From an uncultured Acidobacteriaceae bacterium (GTDB lineage Bacteria > Acidobacteriota > Terriglobia > Terriglobales > Acidobacteriaceae), in the NCBI GenBank assembly GCA_963839195.1, contig CAWITS010000005.1, positions 502,477 to 566,476 of the forward strand: a stretch of DNA of 64,000 nt, written 5' to 3'. The notes under the pieces were generated by a model. It made no database searches, was not told the origin of the DNA, and saw nothing but the letters and a program-made list of their open reading frames with translations. This document shows, piece after piece, positions 45,176-53,997 of the stretch. Positions within the stretch are counted from its first letter, which is position 1, and each line of letters begins with the position of its first letter. The position numbers and the translations under genes are program-made.

Positions 45176-46312
45176 ATGAATCTGAAGTCGCTGCTGCTTT
45201 GTTCCGACGACAAGATCGTGCGGGTGCTGCGCCGGACGTTGGGCGATCTCGACATTGGGGTCGAGTTGTGCGCGAGTTCGGAGATCGCGCTACGCAAGCT
45301 GACGCGCGAGCGGTTTGAGGCGATCATTGTGGATTGCGCAGGGCCGGGAGCGGCCGCGGTGTTGCGCAGTGCGCGGAGTGCTCCGTGCAACAAGCGGGCG
45401 ATCGCGGTGGCGATATTGGATCCGGAGATTGGGCTGCGGTCGGCGTTTGAGATTGGGGCGCACTTCATCCTGTACAAGCCGGTCTCGGTGGAACGGTCGA
45501 AGTCGAGCTTTCGAGCGGCGCGAGCATTGATGAAGAAAGAACGGCGGCGCAACTCGCGGGTGTCGGTGAATATTCCGGTCGAGATGACGAGCCGGGAATC
45601 GGATGTGCACTTCAAGGTCAACACCACCGACCTCGGCGAGGGCGGCCTGGCGGTGAGCCTGCCGCGCCGCAGCCGGAGACTGGGACGCTGGACGCTGGTG
45701 TTTACGCTGCCGGGTTCCGCGAAGGCTTTGGAAGTGAATGCGGAGTTTGCGTGGGAGGGAACGGGGAAGCAGGTGGGATTGCGCTTCGAGAATCCGTCCC
45801 TGGAATTTACGCAGCAGTTGCGGGAGTGGCTGGGGCGAAATTCTCCGGATGCGGAAAAGGATGATCCGCCGGCAAGCTGCCAGCTTACAGATTTGAGTTT
45901 GGGTGGATGCTATCTCGAGATCAGTTCGCCGTTCCCGGTTTCGACGCGCGTGACCTTGTCGATGCGAGCGGGCGGAATCGACTTGAAGACAGAAGGCGTG
46001 GTTCGGATCATGCATCCCGACAAAGGGATGGGAGTGGAGTTCACTCAGAGCACCCGGGAACATCGTGCGCTGCTGGAAAAATTTTTGAGCTTGCTGACAG
46101 AGAATCGCGACGTGCTGCCGGAGTTGCTGGTGGAGCCGGAAGGTTTGGAAACTGAATCTTCGAATGCGCCGCTTGTTGACTCGGCAGATGGTGAAAGCGA
46201 AGATACGCTGCTGGGGCTGTTTCGCAGCCACGCTGCGCTCACCGCCGACGCGTTCCTGGCGGAGTTGCGCAAACAGCGTGGGTTGGCGGCTTCGTCGGGC
46301 GCTTCGGCTTGA
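45176..46312 (+). CDS. response-regulator receiver domain protein with two PilZ domains
   Basis: 378 aa. The REC domain has 'LLLCSDDK', 'AIIVDCAG' and 'ILYKP'. PilZ-1 has 'RRRNSRV' and 'DLGEGG'. PilZ-2 has 'DLSLGGCYL' but no visible RxxxR. Confidence 0.75.
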   Translation: MNLKSLLLCSDDKIVRVLRRTLGDLDIGVELCASSEIALRKLTRERFEAIIVDCAGPGAAAVLRSARSAPCNKRAIAVAILDPEIGLRSAFEIGAHFILYKPVSVERSKSSFRAARALMKKERRRNSRVSVNIPVEMTSRESDVHFKVNTTDLGEGGLAVSLPRRSRRLGRWTLVFTLPGSAKALEVNAEFAWEGTGKQVGLRFENPSLEFTQQLREWLGRNSPDAEKDDPPASCQLTDLSLGGCYLEISSPFPVSTRVTLSMRAGGIDLKTEGVVRIMHPDKGMGVEFTQSTREHRALLEKFLSLLTENRDVLPELLVEPEGLETESSNAPLVDSADGESEDTLLGLFRSHAALTADAFLAELRKQRGLAASSGASA

Positions 46313-46340
46313 TTTCGCGGCGATGCGACGCGAACCTCAG

Positions 46341-46465
46341 GGGCTGAAGCCCATCTTCAACGTTTCCTTAACGGCACGGCTGAAGCCGTGCCCTTCCCAA
46401 GCCTTTGACTTCCGAAGCTTCGATTCCCTAACGGCGCGGCTGACTCGCTAAGCTTCGATTCCCTA
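46341..46465 (+). repeat. REP-B cluster with an internal duplication
   Basis: gggctgaagccc (46341-46352) and ggcacggctgaagccgtgcc hairpin (46373-). The 16-nt direct repeat aagcttcgattcccta occurs at 46415-46430 and 46450-46465. The second copy covers the pit stop codon. Confidence 0.75.
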
Positions 46466-48052
46466 GAACGTCTTGCGGAAGAGCCAGAATAGGGATCCGG
46501 AGAGCATCATGGCTACGGGTAGCGTGAGGACCCAGGCCAGAGCCAGATTACGCACGGTGGACCACTGAATTCCGGAGTGGTTGGCGGCCATGGTTCCGGC
46601 GATTCCGGAGGAGAGCACGTGAGTGGTGCTTACGGGCAGACCGAATCCGTCGGCTGCGCCGATCGTGGCCATGGCGGTGATTTCAGCGACCGCGCCCTGC
46701 GCGTAGGTCAGATGTTGCTTGCCGATTTTTTCCCCGACCGTTACGACGATACGCTTCCATCCGACCATGGTGCCGAGGCCGAGAGCCATGGCTACGGCGA
46801 CCTTTACCCAGAGAGGAATGAAGCGGGTCGAGTGATCGATGTGCTTCTTGTAGTTGGCGAGGATGGCCGTGTCCTCGGCAGAGAAAGTTGGATTGCCACT
46901 CTTCTGCATGAGGCGAATGGCTTCGCTGATTAGGTACATATCGTTGCGGAAGTTGCGCACGCGGTCGTTGGGGATGTTTTTCATTTCTTTGTACAGCGCC
47001 GTCTCGTTGCCGATGTCGCTGACCAGGGTGCGCAGGGCGAGCATGGTGTTGGGAGTGAAATTCTTGTCGCGGATGTAAGCCGTGACGTCTTCGTGGGCGT
47101 CACCGATGGCCGCGTTGGGGCTGACGTATTTCGTGAGGGCGTCGGCGGCCTGAGCGGAGACGGCGATGAAATCCTGCGAATCCTTGTAGGTGATGGCGTG
47201 ATTGAGAGCGTAGGCGGTGGGAACGGTGCCGATGAGGATGAGCATGATCAGGCCCATACCTTTTTGTCCGTCGTTGGAGCCGTGGAAGAAGCTGACACCG
47301 GTGCAGGTGAGAATGAGCAGGCAGCGAATGTAGAAGGGCGGCGGCTCGGTGCCTTCGGGAGCTGTGTAAAGTTTGGGATCTTTGATGAGGGCTTTGGCGA
47401 GGAGCAATAAGAGGCCGGCGCAACCGAAACCTACGATGGGCGAGAGCAACAGAGCCTTGCCGATGTTGGCGGCTTGTCCCCAGTCGACGCCGCTGGTGCC
47501 GCTTCTGCCGTTCATGAGCTGGTTGGCAATGCCGACTCCAATGACGCTGCCGATCAGCGTATGCGAACTGGAGGCGGGCAGGCCGAACCACCAGGTGCCG
47601 AGGTTCCAGATGATGGCGGCTACCAACAGGGCGAAGACCATGGCGAATCCGGCTTTGCTACCTACTTGCAGAATGAGTTCGACCGGCAGTAGCGAGACGA
47701 TGGCGAAAGCCACCAGGCCGCTGGAAGCGAGCACGCCGAGGAAATTCCAGAAGCCGGACCAGACGACCGCAATGTGGGGCTCGAGCGAGTGAGTGTAGAT
47801 GACCGTAGCGACGGCGTTGGCGGTGTCGTGGAATCCGTTGACGAACTCGAACCCCAGAGCGACCATCAGCGCTATACCCAGAAGAACATAGGGCAGGACG
47901 GATTCGTTGTGGATGTTGGAAAGATCGTGAAGCAAGCTGGAGCCGGCATAGGCGACGCCGATGACCAGCACGATGCCGAAGACCAGCATCCCGATTTTGC
48001 CGGGCGAACGGGAGAGTTTTTGGTCTAGTAGAGTCTGGGATGCGGTGGCCAT
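46463..48052 (-). CDS. pit: inorganic phosphate transporter, PiT (PHO4) family
   Basis: 529 aa. 'NGFHDTANAVATVIYT' and the second-half repeat 'VSTTHVLSSGIAGTM'. Confidence 0.9.
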   Translation of the reverse strand: MATASQTLLDQKLSRSPGKIGMLVFGIVLVIGVAYAGSSLLHDLSNIHNESVLPYVLLGIALMVALGFEFVNGFHDTANAVATVIYTHSLEPHIAVVWSGFWNFLGVLASSGLVAFAIVSLLPVELILQVGSKAGFAMVFALLVAAIIWNLGTWWFGLPASSSHTLIGSVIGVGIANQLMNGRSGTSGVDWGQAANIGKALLLSPIVGFGCAGLLLLLAKALIKDPKLYTAPEGTEPPPFYIRCLLILTCTGVSFFHGSNDGQKGMGLIMLILIGTVPTAYALNHAITYKDSQDFIAVSAQAADALTKYVSPNAAIGDAHEDVTAYIRDKNFTPNTMLALRTLVSDIGNETALYKEMKNIPNDRVRNFRNDMYLISEAIRLMQKSGNPTFSAEDTAILANYKKHIDHSTRFIPLWVKVAVAMALGLGTMVGWKRIVVTVGEKIGKQHLTYAQGAVAEITAMATIGAADGFGLPVSTTHVLSSGIAGTMAANHSGIQWSTVRNLALAWVLTLPVAMMLSGSLFWLFRKTF

Positions 48053-48158
48053 AGTTGCTCCTGAGGTCGTCGCTACTATACGGACGGATTGTTACGGGAG
48101 TATGAAAAACTGAGGTCGGGAGTCGTTCAGTTCGACTTGGGGCGGCTGTATGCATGGG

Positions 48159-48203
48159 GGAGATCCCTCGCCCGGCTGAAGTGCGCCGGGACTTCGGGAT
48201 GAC
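48159..48203 (-). repeat. REP-A-like unit
   Basis: ggagatccctcgcccggctgaagtgcgccgggacttcgggatgac. The reverse complement begins gtcatcccgaag and ends cgagggatctcc. Confidence 0.65.
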
Positions 48204-48224
48204 GCCGGCGTGATGCGATCGAAG

Positions 48225-48269
48225 GTCGAGCTTGGCTCGACGGACAGCCGAGGACGGCTGTCCCCACAT
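48225..48269 (+). repeat. REP-C: 45-nt double-hairpin unit
   Basis: gtcgagcttggctcgacggacagccgaggacggctgtccccacat. Hairpins are gtcgagc/gctcgac and ggacagccg/cggctgtcc. Confidence 0.85.
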
Positions 48270-48383
48270 GAGCATTTGCACATGAGCTCGTGCTGACACA
48301 GGCCTCGCGGGGAGTGGGGCCATTGTTTACAATGGAAGATTCGTCCGCCTTGGTTCAGAATTGCTGGGGGACGAAGCATTAGG

Positions 48384-50762
48384 TTGGAACGGTTAAACCA
48401 GGAACAATTAAACCAGGAACAGTCAAACCACTTGGAGCCTTCAAACCACAAGCCTCGCGTGCCGTCCGCTGCGTCCCCTACCGTGTACTGGCGGGTGGAG
48501 GGGAGCCTGCTCGACCTGACGGTGGTGCAGCCGGTGGCGTTTTTTACGTGGAACGCGCAGACGTTTGCGGAGCGGTTCCGGCGGCGGGGGCTGATCTTTC
48601 TGATGGCGGCGCTGCGTCCGTTTTTGTATTCGACGAACCGGAAGTTCGCGACGCGGGCGGTACACACGACTCTGCGGGGCGTGACGCGGGACCGGCTGGA
48701 TCTGCTGGGCGAAGAATACTTCCAATACCGATTGACGCCTGAGCTGAAGACGCATGGGGCGGAGCGGGTGCGGGAATTGGTGCGCGCGGGGGCGGATGTG
48801 GTGCTGGTGAGCCAAGCGCTGGAACACGTGATGAAGCCGCTGGCGCAGCATCTGGGAGTGAAGCGGGTGGTGGCGAACCGGTTGGAATTTCGCGATGGCG
48901 TCGCGACGGGGCGGCTGCTGGAGCCGGTGATCCGGCCTCGGGGAGCATTTGCGCGGATTCGAGAGCAGAGCCCGGATGGACGGCGGGCGCCGAAGACGTT
49001 GGCGCGGCAACTGGATATTACGGTGGATGAACTGCGAGCCGCGGCGATCGGGTCGGAGCGGGAGCCGGTGGTGGGGGAACATCCGATTGTGCATTTTGAG
49101 GGGCAGACGCAGACGACGGGATTTTCGGTGCGGCGGGCGCTGGCGGGCAAGCACGTGATGCTGATCGGAGTGACGGGTTTTATTGGCAAGGTGTGGCTGG
49201 CGAATACGCTGCTGGAGTTGCCGAAGATCGGGCGGATTTATCTGCTGATCCGGCGGCAGAAATCGAATCCGGCGCAGCAGCGGTTTGAAAAGATTGTGGA
49301 GGAGTCGCCGGTTTTCGATCCGCTGTTTGAGAAATATGGGGCGGGGCTGGCGGAATATCTGCGCGACAAAGTGGAGGTGGTGGAGGGCGACGTCACGCGA
49401 GCGGGGTTGGGGTTGGATGCGGAAGTGGCGGGGCGACTGCAGCGGAATCTCGATCTGATCGTGAATAGTTCGGGATTGACGGACTTCAATCCGGACTTGC
49501 GGGACGCGCTGGCGACGAATACGGATGCGGCAATGAACATCCTGGAGTTTGTGCGGGGAAGCGATCATGCCGGGCTGCTGCATTTATCTACTTGCTACGT
49601 GGCGGGCGAGCGCGACGGGCGGGTCGCGGAGCGGTTGATTCCGAATTACACGCCGCATCGTGTGCCGAACTTCGATGCGGAACAGGAGTGGCGTTCACTG
49701 CACGAGGTGATTGCGCAGGCAGAGGCGCAGGCCGAGGGCGCGGAAGTGACGGCCGGGTTGAAGATGCAATCCCTCGCGAAGGAACATGCGGCGAAAGGGC
49801 TGACGGGCGCGGCTTTGGAGAATCAGATCCGCAAGAACCGGATCCGGTGGCTGAAAACTTATTTGACTGATGCAGGGACGCGGCGGGCGAAGGAGTTGGG
49901 CTGGCCGAATACTTACACGCTGACCAAGAGCCTGGCGGAATCGCTGATGGTGAAGCATGGAGCGGGGCTGCCGATCGCGGTAGTGCGTCCGGCGATTGTG
50001 GAGACTTCGGTGGCGAAGCCGTTTCTGGGGTGGAATGAAGGGATCAACACTTCGGCGTCGCTGTCTTATTTGTTGGGAACATATTTCCGGCAGTTGCCCT
50101 CGAATGAGAGCAAGCGGCTGGACATTATTCCGGTGGACGCGGTCTGCGACGGGATGACGTTGATTGCGGCGGCGATTGTGGAGCGGCGGCATGATGCGCT
50201 GTATCAGCTGGCAACGTCGGTTACGAACCCTTGCGACATGGGGCGGTCGATTGAGTTGACGTCGCTGGCGCACCGCAAGCATTACCGGGCGCAGGAGGGG
50301 TTGGAGTCTTGGCTGCGGCTGCGGTTCGATGCGATTCCGGTCTCGAAGGAGCGTTACCAGCGGATGTCGGCTCCGGCGCAGAAGGCGATTGTGAAATCGA
50401 TTCAGCGGATCATGTCGCCGCTGCCGTTGAAGAAAACTCCGCTGGTGAAGGCGGAGAGGAATCTGGAGCGGCTGGAGAAATTGATTGAGTTATTTGAGCC
50501 TTTTATTTTGCTCAACGAGCATGACTTCGCGGCGGATAACGTGGAGAAATTGTCGCATGCGCTGGTAGAGGACGAGCGCGAGGAGTTTGGGTACAAGGCG
50601 CGGTTGCTGGATTGGTGGGATTACTGGATCAATGTACATATTCCGGCGCTGCGCAAGTGGACTTATCCGCTGATTGAGGGAAGGCCGCTGGAGGCGCGTC
50701 CGGCGCGGAGTTTGCAGAAGGGCGAAACAGTGAAGACGGGGACCAACGGCGGGACGTGGTGA
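48384..50762 (+). CDS. fusion protein: degenerate HAD-IB-like domain + fatty acyl-CoA/ACP reductase (NAD_binding_4 + FAR_C-like)
   Basis: 792 aa ORF. The true start is uncertain (in-frame TTG 48432, GTG 48459 or GTG 48483). 'VMLIGVTGFIGKVWL' is the GxTGFxGK motif and 'WPNTYTLTKSLAE' is the YxxxK motif, as in FAR enzymes. The N-terminal HAD-like region has 'WRVEGSL' where DxDxT is expected. Confidence 0.75.
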   Translation: MERLNQEQLNQEQSNHLEPSNHKPRVPSAASPTVYWRVEGSLLDLTVVQPVAFFTWNAQTFAERFRRRGLIFLMAALRPFLYSTNRKFATRAVHTTLRGVTRDRLDLLGEEYFQYRLTPELKTHGAERVRELVRAGADVVLVSQALEHVMKPLAQHLGVKRVVANRLEFRDGVATGRLLEPVIRPRGAFARIREQSPDGRRAPKTLARQLDITVDELRAAAIGSEREPVVGEHPIVHFEGQTQTTGFSVRRALAGKHVMLIGVTGFIGKVWLANTLLELPKIGRIYLLIRRQKSNPAQQRFEKIVEESPVFDPLFEKYGAGLAEYLRDKVEVVEGDVTRAGLGLDAEVAGRLQRNLDLIVNSSGLTDFNPDLRDALATNTDAAMNILEFVRGSDHAGLLHLSTCYVAGERDGRVAERLIPNYTPHRVPNFDAEQEWRSLHEVIAQAEAQAEGAEVTAGLKMQSLAKEHAAKGLTGAALENQIRKNRIRWLKTYLTDAGTRRAKELGWPNTYTLTKSLAESLMVKHGAGLPIAVVRPAIVETSVAKPFLGWNEGINTSASLSYLLGTYFRQLPSNESKRLDIIPVDAVCDGMTLIAAAIVERRHDALYQLATSVTNPCDMGRSIELTSLAHRKHYRAQEGLESWLRLRFDAIPVSKERYQRMSAPAQKAIVKSIQRIMSPLPLKKTPLVKAERNLERLEKLIELFEPFILLNEHDFAADNVEKLSHALVEDEREEFGYKARLLDWWDYWINVHIPALRKWTYPLIEGRPLEARPARSLQKGETVKTGTNGGTW
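48393..48450 (+). repeat. tandem TTAAACCAGGAACA(A/G) units plus CAAACCA tails at the 5' end of the HAD-FAR ORF
   Basis: ttaaaccaggaaca at 48393-48406 and 48408-48421, then gtcaaaccac and ttcaaaccaca. Translated in the ORF track as MERLNQEQLNQEQSNH, so probably 5' leader. Confidence 0.75.
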
Positions 50763-50774
50763 GGTTGGGAGTCT

Positions 50775-50873
50775 GGGCTAAAGCCCAGCGAACACGGATG
50801 TAGACATATAGGGATGTTTCGACTGCGCGTGCCGATTCGCTTCGCTCTTCGGCATGCTCCGCTCAAGATGACA
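50775..50873 (-). repeat. REP-B stub plus REP-A unit
   Basis: gggctaaagccc (50775-50786). The reverse complement of 50812-50873 reads tgtcatcttgagcggagc-...-gcgcagtcgaaacatcc. Confidence 0.7.
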
Positions 50874-50891
50874 AGAAACGGGAACGGGTGA

Positions 50892-52025
50892 ATGGCGATA
50901 TTTCTTACGGGATCGACGGGTTACATTGGGGCGCACGTGGCGGCGAATCTTCTGCGGGATCATGGCGCGTCGCTGAATGTGCTGGTGCGGGCGCGGGATG
51001 CTGAAGGGGCGCAAGGGCGGCTGTGGCAGGCTTTGCAATTGCATCTGGAGTTCCCGCAGTTTTATGAATATTTTCAGACGCGGGTGCGGGTGTTTCGCGG
51101 CGACCTGACGGCGCCGGGTTTCGGGCTGTCGCGTGATGAATACGACCGGCTGGTGCACACGACGGATTCGGTGATTCACTGCGCGGCGTCGCTGAACCGG
51201 AAATCGGAGAAGAGCTGCCTGAATGTGAATTTGCGCGGGACGCTGGAGGTGCTGACGCTGGCGCGGAGTGCGGAGCATTACCACGGGTTGAGACGTTTCA
51301 GCCAGGTGAGCACGGTGGCGGTGGCGGGGAAGCGGCACAATGAAGTGGTGACGGAGGATCGGTCGATTGACTGGGAGCGGTCGGACTACGACCCTTATGC
51401 ACGGACGAAAAAATTCTGCGAGCACATGATGCGGGTGCTGTTGCCGGAGACGCCGAAGACGGTTTTCCGTCCGAGCATTGTGCTGGGAGACAGCCGCTAT
51501 GCGGAGACTACGCAATTCGACATGGTGAAGGCGTTTGTTTTTCTGGCCGGGCTACCGGTGCTGCCGTTTCGCCCGACGGACAAGATCGACATTGTGAATG
51601 TGGATTTTGTGGCGGAGGCGATTGCGACGCTGCATCAGAAGGAACGGCCGGAGCACGATACGTATCATCTGTCGTCGGGAGCGGGGTCGCAGACGTTTCG
51701 CGAAATAACTTTGGCTCTAGCTGCGGCGCAGCAGAAACGCGCGCCGGTGTTTGTGCCGGTGGTGGAACGTCCGTTTGCCGGGTCGGTGAATTTTCTGGCG
51801 AACCGCTCGGGCGCGATCGGAAAACGTGCGTCGCTGATGAAAGTTTTTATGCCCTACCTGGTTTGGAATACGGTGTTCGATAACACGCGGGTGACTCGAG
51901 AGTTGGGGAAGAAGCCGGTGGCGTTCTCGGAGTATTGCTATCCTCTGCTGAAATTCAGCCGCGAGAATAATTTCGCGTATAGGTACCAGCCGTGGCCCGC
52001 GGCGGTGGGAGGCACGGCCGCATGA
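50892..52025 (+). CDS. SDR-family thioester-reductase-like protein (NAD_binding_4 type)
   Basis: 377 aa. '[13 protein letters not shown]', 'VIHCAASLN', 'YARTK' (YxxxK). Confidence 0.75.
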   Translation: MAIFLTGSTGYIGAHVAANLLRDHGASLNVLVRARDAEGAQGRLWQALQLHLEFPQFYEYFQTRVRVFRGDLTAPGFGLSRDEYDRLVHTTDSVIHCAASLNRKSEKSCLNVNLRGTLEVLTLARSAEHYHGLRRFSQVSTVAVAGKRHNEVVTEDRSIDWERSDYDPYARTKKFCEHMMRVLLPETPKTVFRPSIVLGDSRYAETTQFDMVKAFVFLAGLPVLPFRPTDKIDIVNVDFVAEAIATLHQKERPEHDTYHLSSGAGSQTFREITLALAAAQQKRAPVFVPVVERPFAGSVNFLANRSGAIGKRASLMKVFMPYLVWNTVFDNTRVTRELGKKPVAFSEYCYPLLKFSRENNFAYRYQPWPAAVGGTAA

Positions 52026-53431
52026 TGGACCTTATTTTAGAAGCCTGGGTGAGCGGGTCGATCGAGCGGGCGAAAGCGGGATGGATGCTGGGTGAGGGCA
52101 AGCGCTGGCAGCCGGGCGAGAAGCTGAAGCTTTTGTTTGCTGGGTACAACGGCACGCGGAATATGGGTTCGGATGTTCGGGTGGAAGAGATGCTGCGGCA
52201 GGTCCGGCATATTCTGGGTGCGGAGCGGGTAGAGTTCAGCGTGATGAGCCAGAACTTTGGCTTCTCGCGCGGATACTTCGAAGGCACAAAGCAGGTGCAC
52301 CTGCCGGATATATTTCCTCCGTTTCTGGCGAATGAAGTTCCGAAGCATGATGGGGTGGTGGCGTGTGAAGGGTCGATGTTCAAGAGCAAGTTCGCTAACG
52401 CGCTGACCACGATGATGATTGGATCGTTGGGGATTGCCGCGGCGCAGAATAAACTTTCCGTGGGATACGGCGCAGAAGCCGGGTATATGGATCCGCTAGT
52501 GGCGAAGATGTGCGGGCGGTATTGCAAGAATTCCTTTGTGATTACGCGGAATGAAGAGTCGCGGACCGTGCTGCGCGAGCTGGGCGTGCCTACTGAGCTG
52601 GGAACCGACACGGCGTGGACGTTTGAGCCGCGGCCGGCCGAGTACGGGCAGAGCGTGCTGCGGAAAGTGGGCTGGGATGGGCGGACACCGGTGCTGGTGG
52701 TGTGCCCGATTAATCCGTTCGAGTGGCCAGTTAAGGCTTCGGTGGCGAAATATGCGGCGCACGGTTTGACCGGAGCATACAAAGACAGCCATTACCGCAC
52801 GGTGTATTTTCACAACTCGGGGCCGGCGGCGGAGCAGGCTTACCAGAAATATTGGACGGCGATTGCGAATGCGGTGGATGCATTCCGGAAAAAGAAAAAT
52901 GTTTTTGTAATTCTCGCGGCGACGGAGCGGCTGGATGCGCGTCCGGCGAACCGGATTGCGGAAAAACTGGGCGGCGTGCCCGTGCTCACTTCGGATGAGT
53001 ACAACATGTACGAGCTGGTGAGCATTCTGCGGGCCTGCCACATGATGGCTTCGTCGAGGTATCACGGGATTGTGACGTCGATGCCGGGGCTGGTGCCGTC
53101 GGCGGGAATCACGATGGATGAGCGCATCCGGAACTTGATGCGGGAACGCGGGCATCAGGATTTGCTGATGACGGTGGATGATCCGGAACTGGAAGGGAAG
53201 CTGCTTGTGGCTCTGGAGAAACTGAGTTGTGAAGGTGAGGCGATTGCAACTGGAATTGCGCGGACCGTCGTGCGGAACTTGAAGGTGATGGCGCGCATGG
53301 GGGTTTATTTCGAGGAGGAAGTGCAGAGAAGGTATCCGGAGTTTGAGACGCGCCGCGGCGAGTGGAGTTGGGAAGATTATCTGCCGCCGATGAGTCGCGG
53401 GCTGCGGGAGCTGGCGGGGGCTTATAACTAG
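52022..53431 (+). CDS. polysaccharide-pyruvyl-transferase-family protein
   Basis: Start taken at ATG 52022 (ATGA overlap with the upstream stop). '[22 protein letters not shown]' resembles the G-Y-x-G-x-x-N-x-G-D start of PS_pyruv_trans (CsaB/WcaK-like) enzymes. Confidence 0.6.
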   Translation: MMDLILEAWVSGSIERAKAGWMLGEGKRWQPGEKLKLLFAGYNGTRNMGSDVRVEEMLRQVRHILGAERVEFSVMSQNFGFSRGYFEGTKQVHLPDIFPPFLANEVPKHDGVVACEGSMFKSKFANALTTMMIGSLGIAAAQNKLSVGYGAEAGYMDPLVAKMCGRYCKNSFVITRNEESRTVLRELGVPTELGTDTAWTFEPRPAEYGQSVLRKVGWDGRTPVLVVCPINPFEWPVKASVAKYAAHGLTGAYKDSHYRTVYFHNSGPAAEQAYQKYWTAIANAVDAFRKKKNVFVILAATERLDARPANRIAEKLGGVPVLTSDEYNMYELVSILRACHMMASSRYHGIVTSMPGLVPSAGITMDERIRNLMRERGHQDLLMTVDDPELEGKLLVALEKLSCEGEAIATGIARTVVRNLKVMARMGVYFEEEVQRRYPEFETRRGEWSWEDYLPPMSRGLRELAGAYN

Positions 53432-53513
53432 AGTTGCGTAAGACGGGTCGTGCCATCCGGGCGGAGGGGCGGCGGGCCGCTGTCGGCGAATGTGACAATG
53501 CGTATAAGGATGA

Positions 53514-53846
53514 TTGGCCTACATGAATAGCTTCGAAGAGCTAATTCGAGCAATGCTGTGGCTGAGCAAGAGGGATTGGGGCCGGTCTATTTTCCTGGGC
53601 TTGGGCTCGCTTGGAGCGCTGGCAGCAATTCCACAAAACGCAATAACTGAAGGTATCCTTGACGGGCCCGTGTTCCGCGCTGGGTTTTATGCGGGTACGG
53701 TTCTAATGCCTAAAGAAACGATCGGCGGTCATTCCTTGTTCGGCTTAGTGGCGGTTATTCTTATGCTCGTGGGGTTTTGGTTTATCGTTCTGTGTCTTGC
53801 GCGGCGACTGTTCGTTGATAGAACCGCACGTCAGTTGGGAAAGTAG
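53514..53846 (+). CDS. small membrane protein, AT-richer than its neighbours
   Basis: 110 aa. Two hydrophobic segments ('IFLGLGSLGALAAI', 'LFGLVAVILMLVGFWFIVLCLA'). TTG 53514 or ATG 53523 start. Confidence 0.45.
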   Translation: MAYMNSFEELIRAMLWLSKRDWGRSIFLGLGSLGALAAIPQNAITEGILDGPVFRAGFYAGTVLMPKETIGGHSLFGLVAVILMLVGFWFIVLCLARRLFVDRTARQLGK

Positions 53847-53926
53847 TTCGGCTGTTTATCGGGAGCTTAACCGCGCAGGCATAGTGGGAACTCCTTTCGG
53901 TGCCTGCGGGAGATGTTTTTGGGCAA

Positions 53927-53987
53927 GGGATCCTTCGACTCCGCAAAGCGCCCACTTTGTGGGCGCTTTGCTACGCTCAGGATGACA
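53927..53987 (-). repeat. REP-A unit (inverted)
   Basis: The reverse complement reads tgtcatcctgagcgtagc - aaagcgcccacaaagtgggcgcttt - gcggagtcgaaggatccc. Confidence 0.85.
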
Positions 53988-53997
53988 GAGTTAAGAG

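Noticed and set aside
45290-46231. Long antisense or alternative-frame ORFs. Examples: 45290-46231(-), 48092-49189(-), 48441-49583(-), 50778-51515(-), 15017-16111(-), 6861-7976(-), 27290-28468(+), 32340-33041(+), 55201-56088(-)
   Set aside because: Their translations are Arg/Pro/His/Gln-rich and low-complexity, with no motifs. Each is fully nested opposite or out of frame with a gene that has clear family signatures. This is the expected artefact of high GC content.
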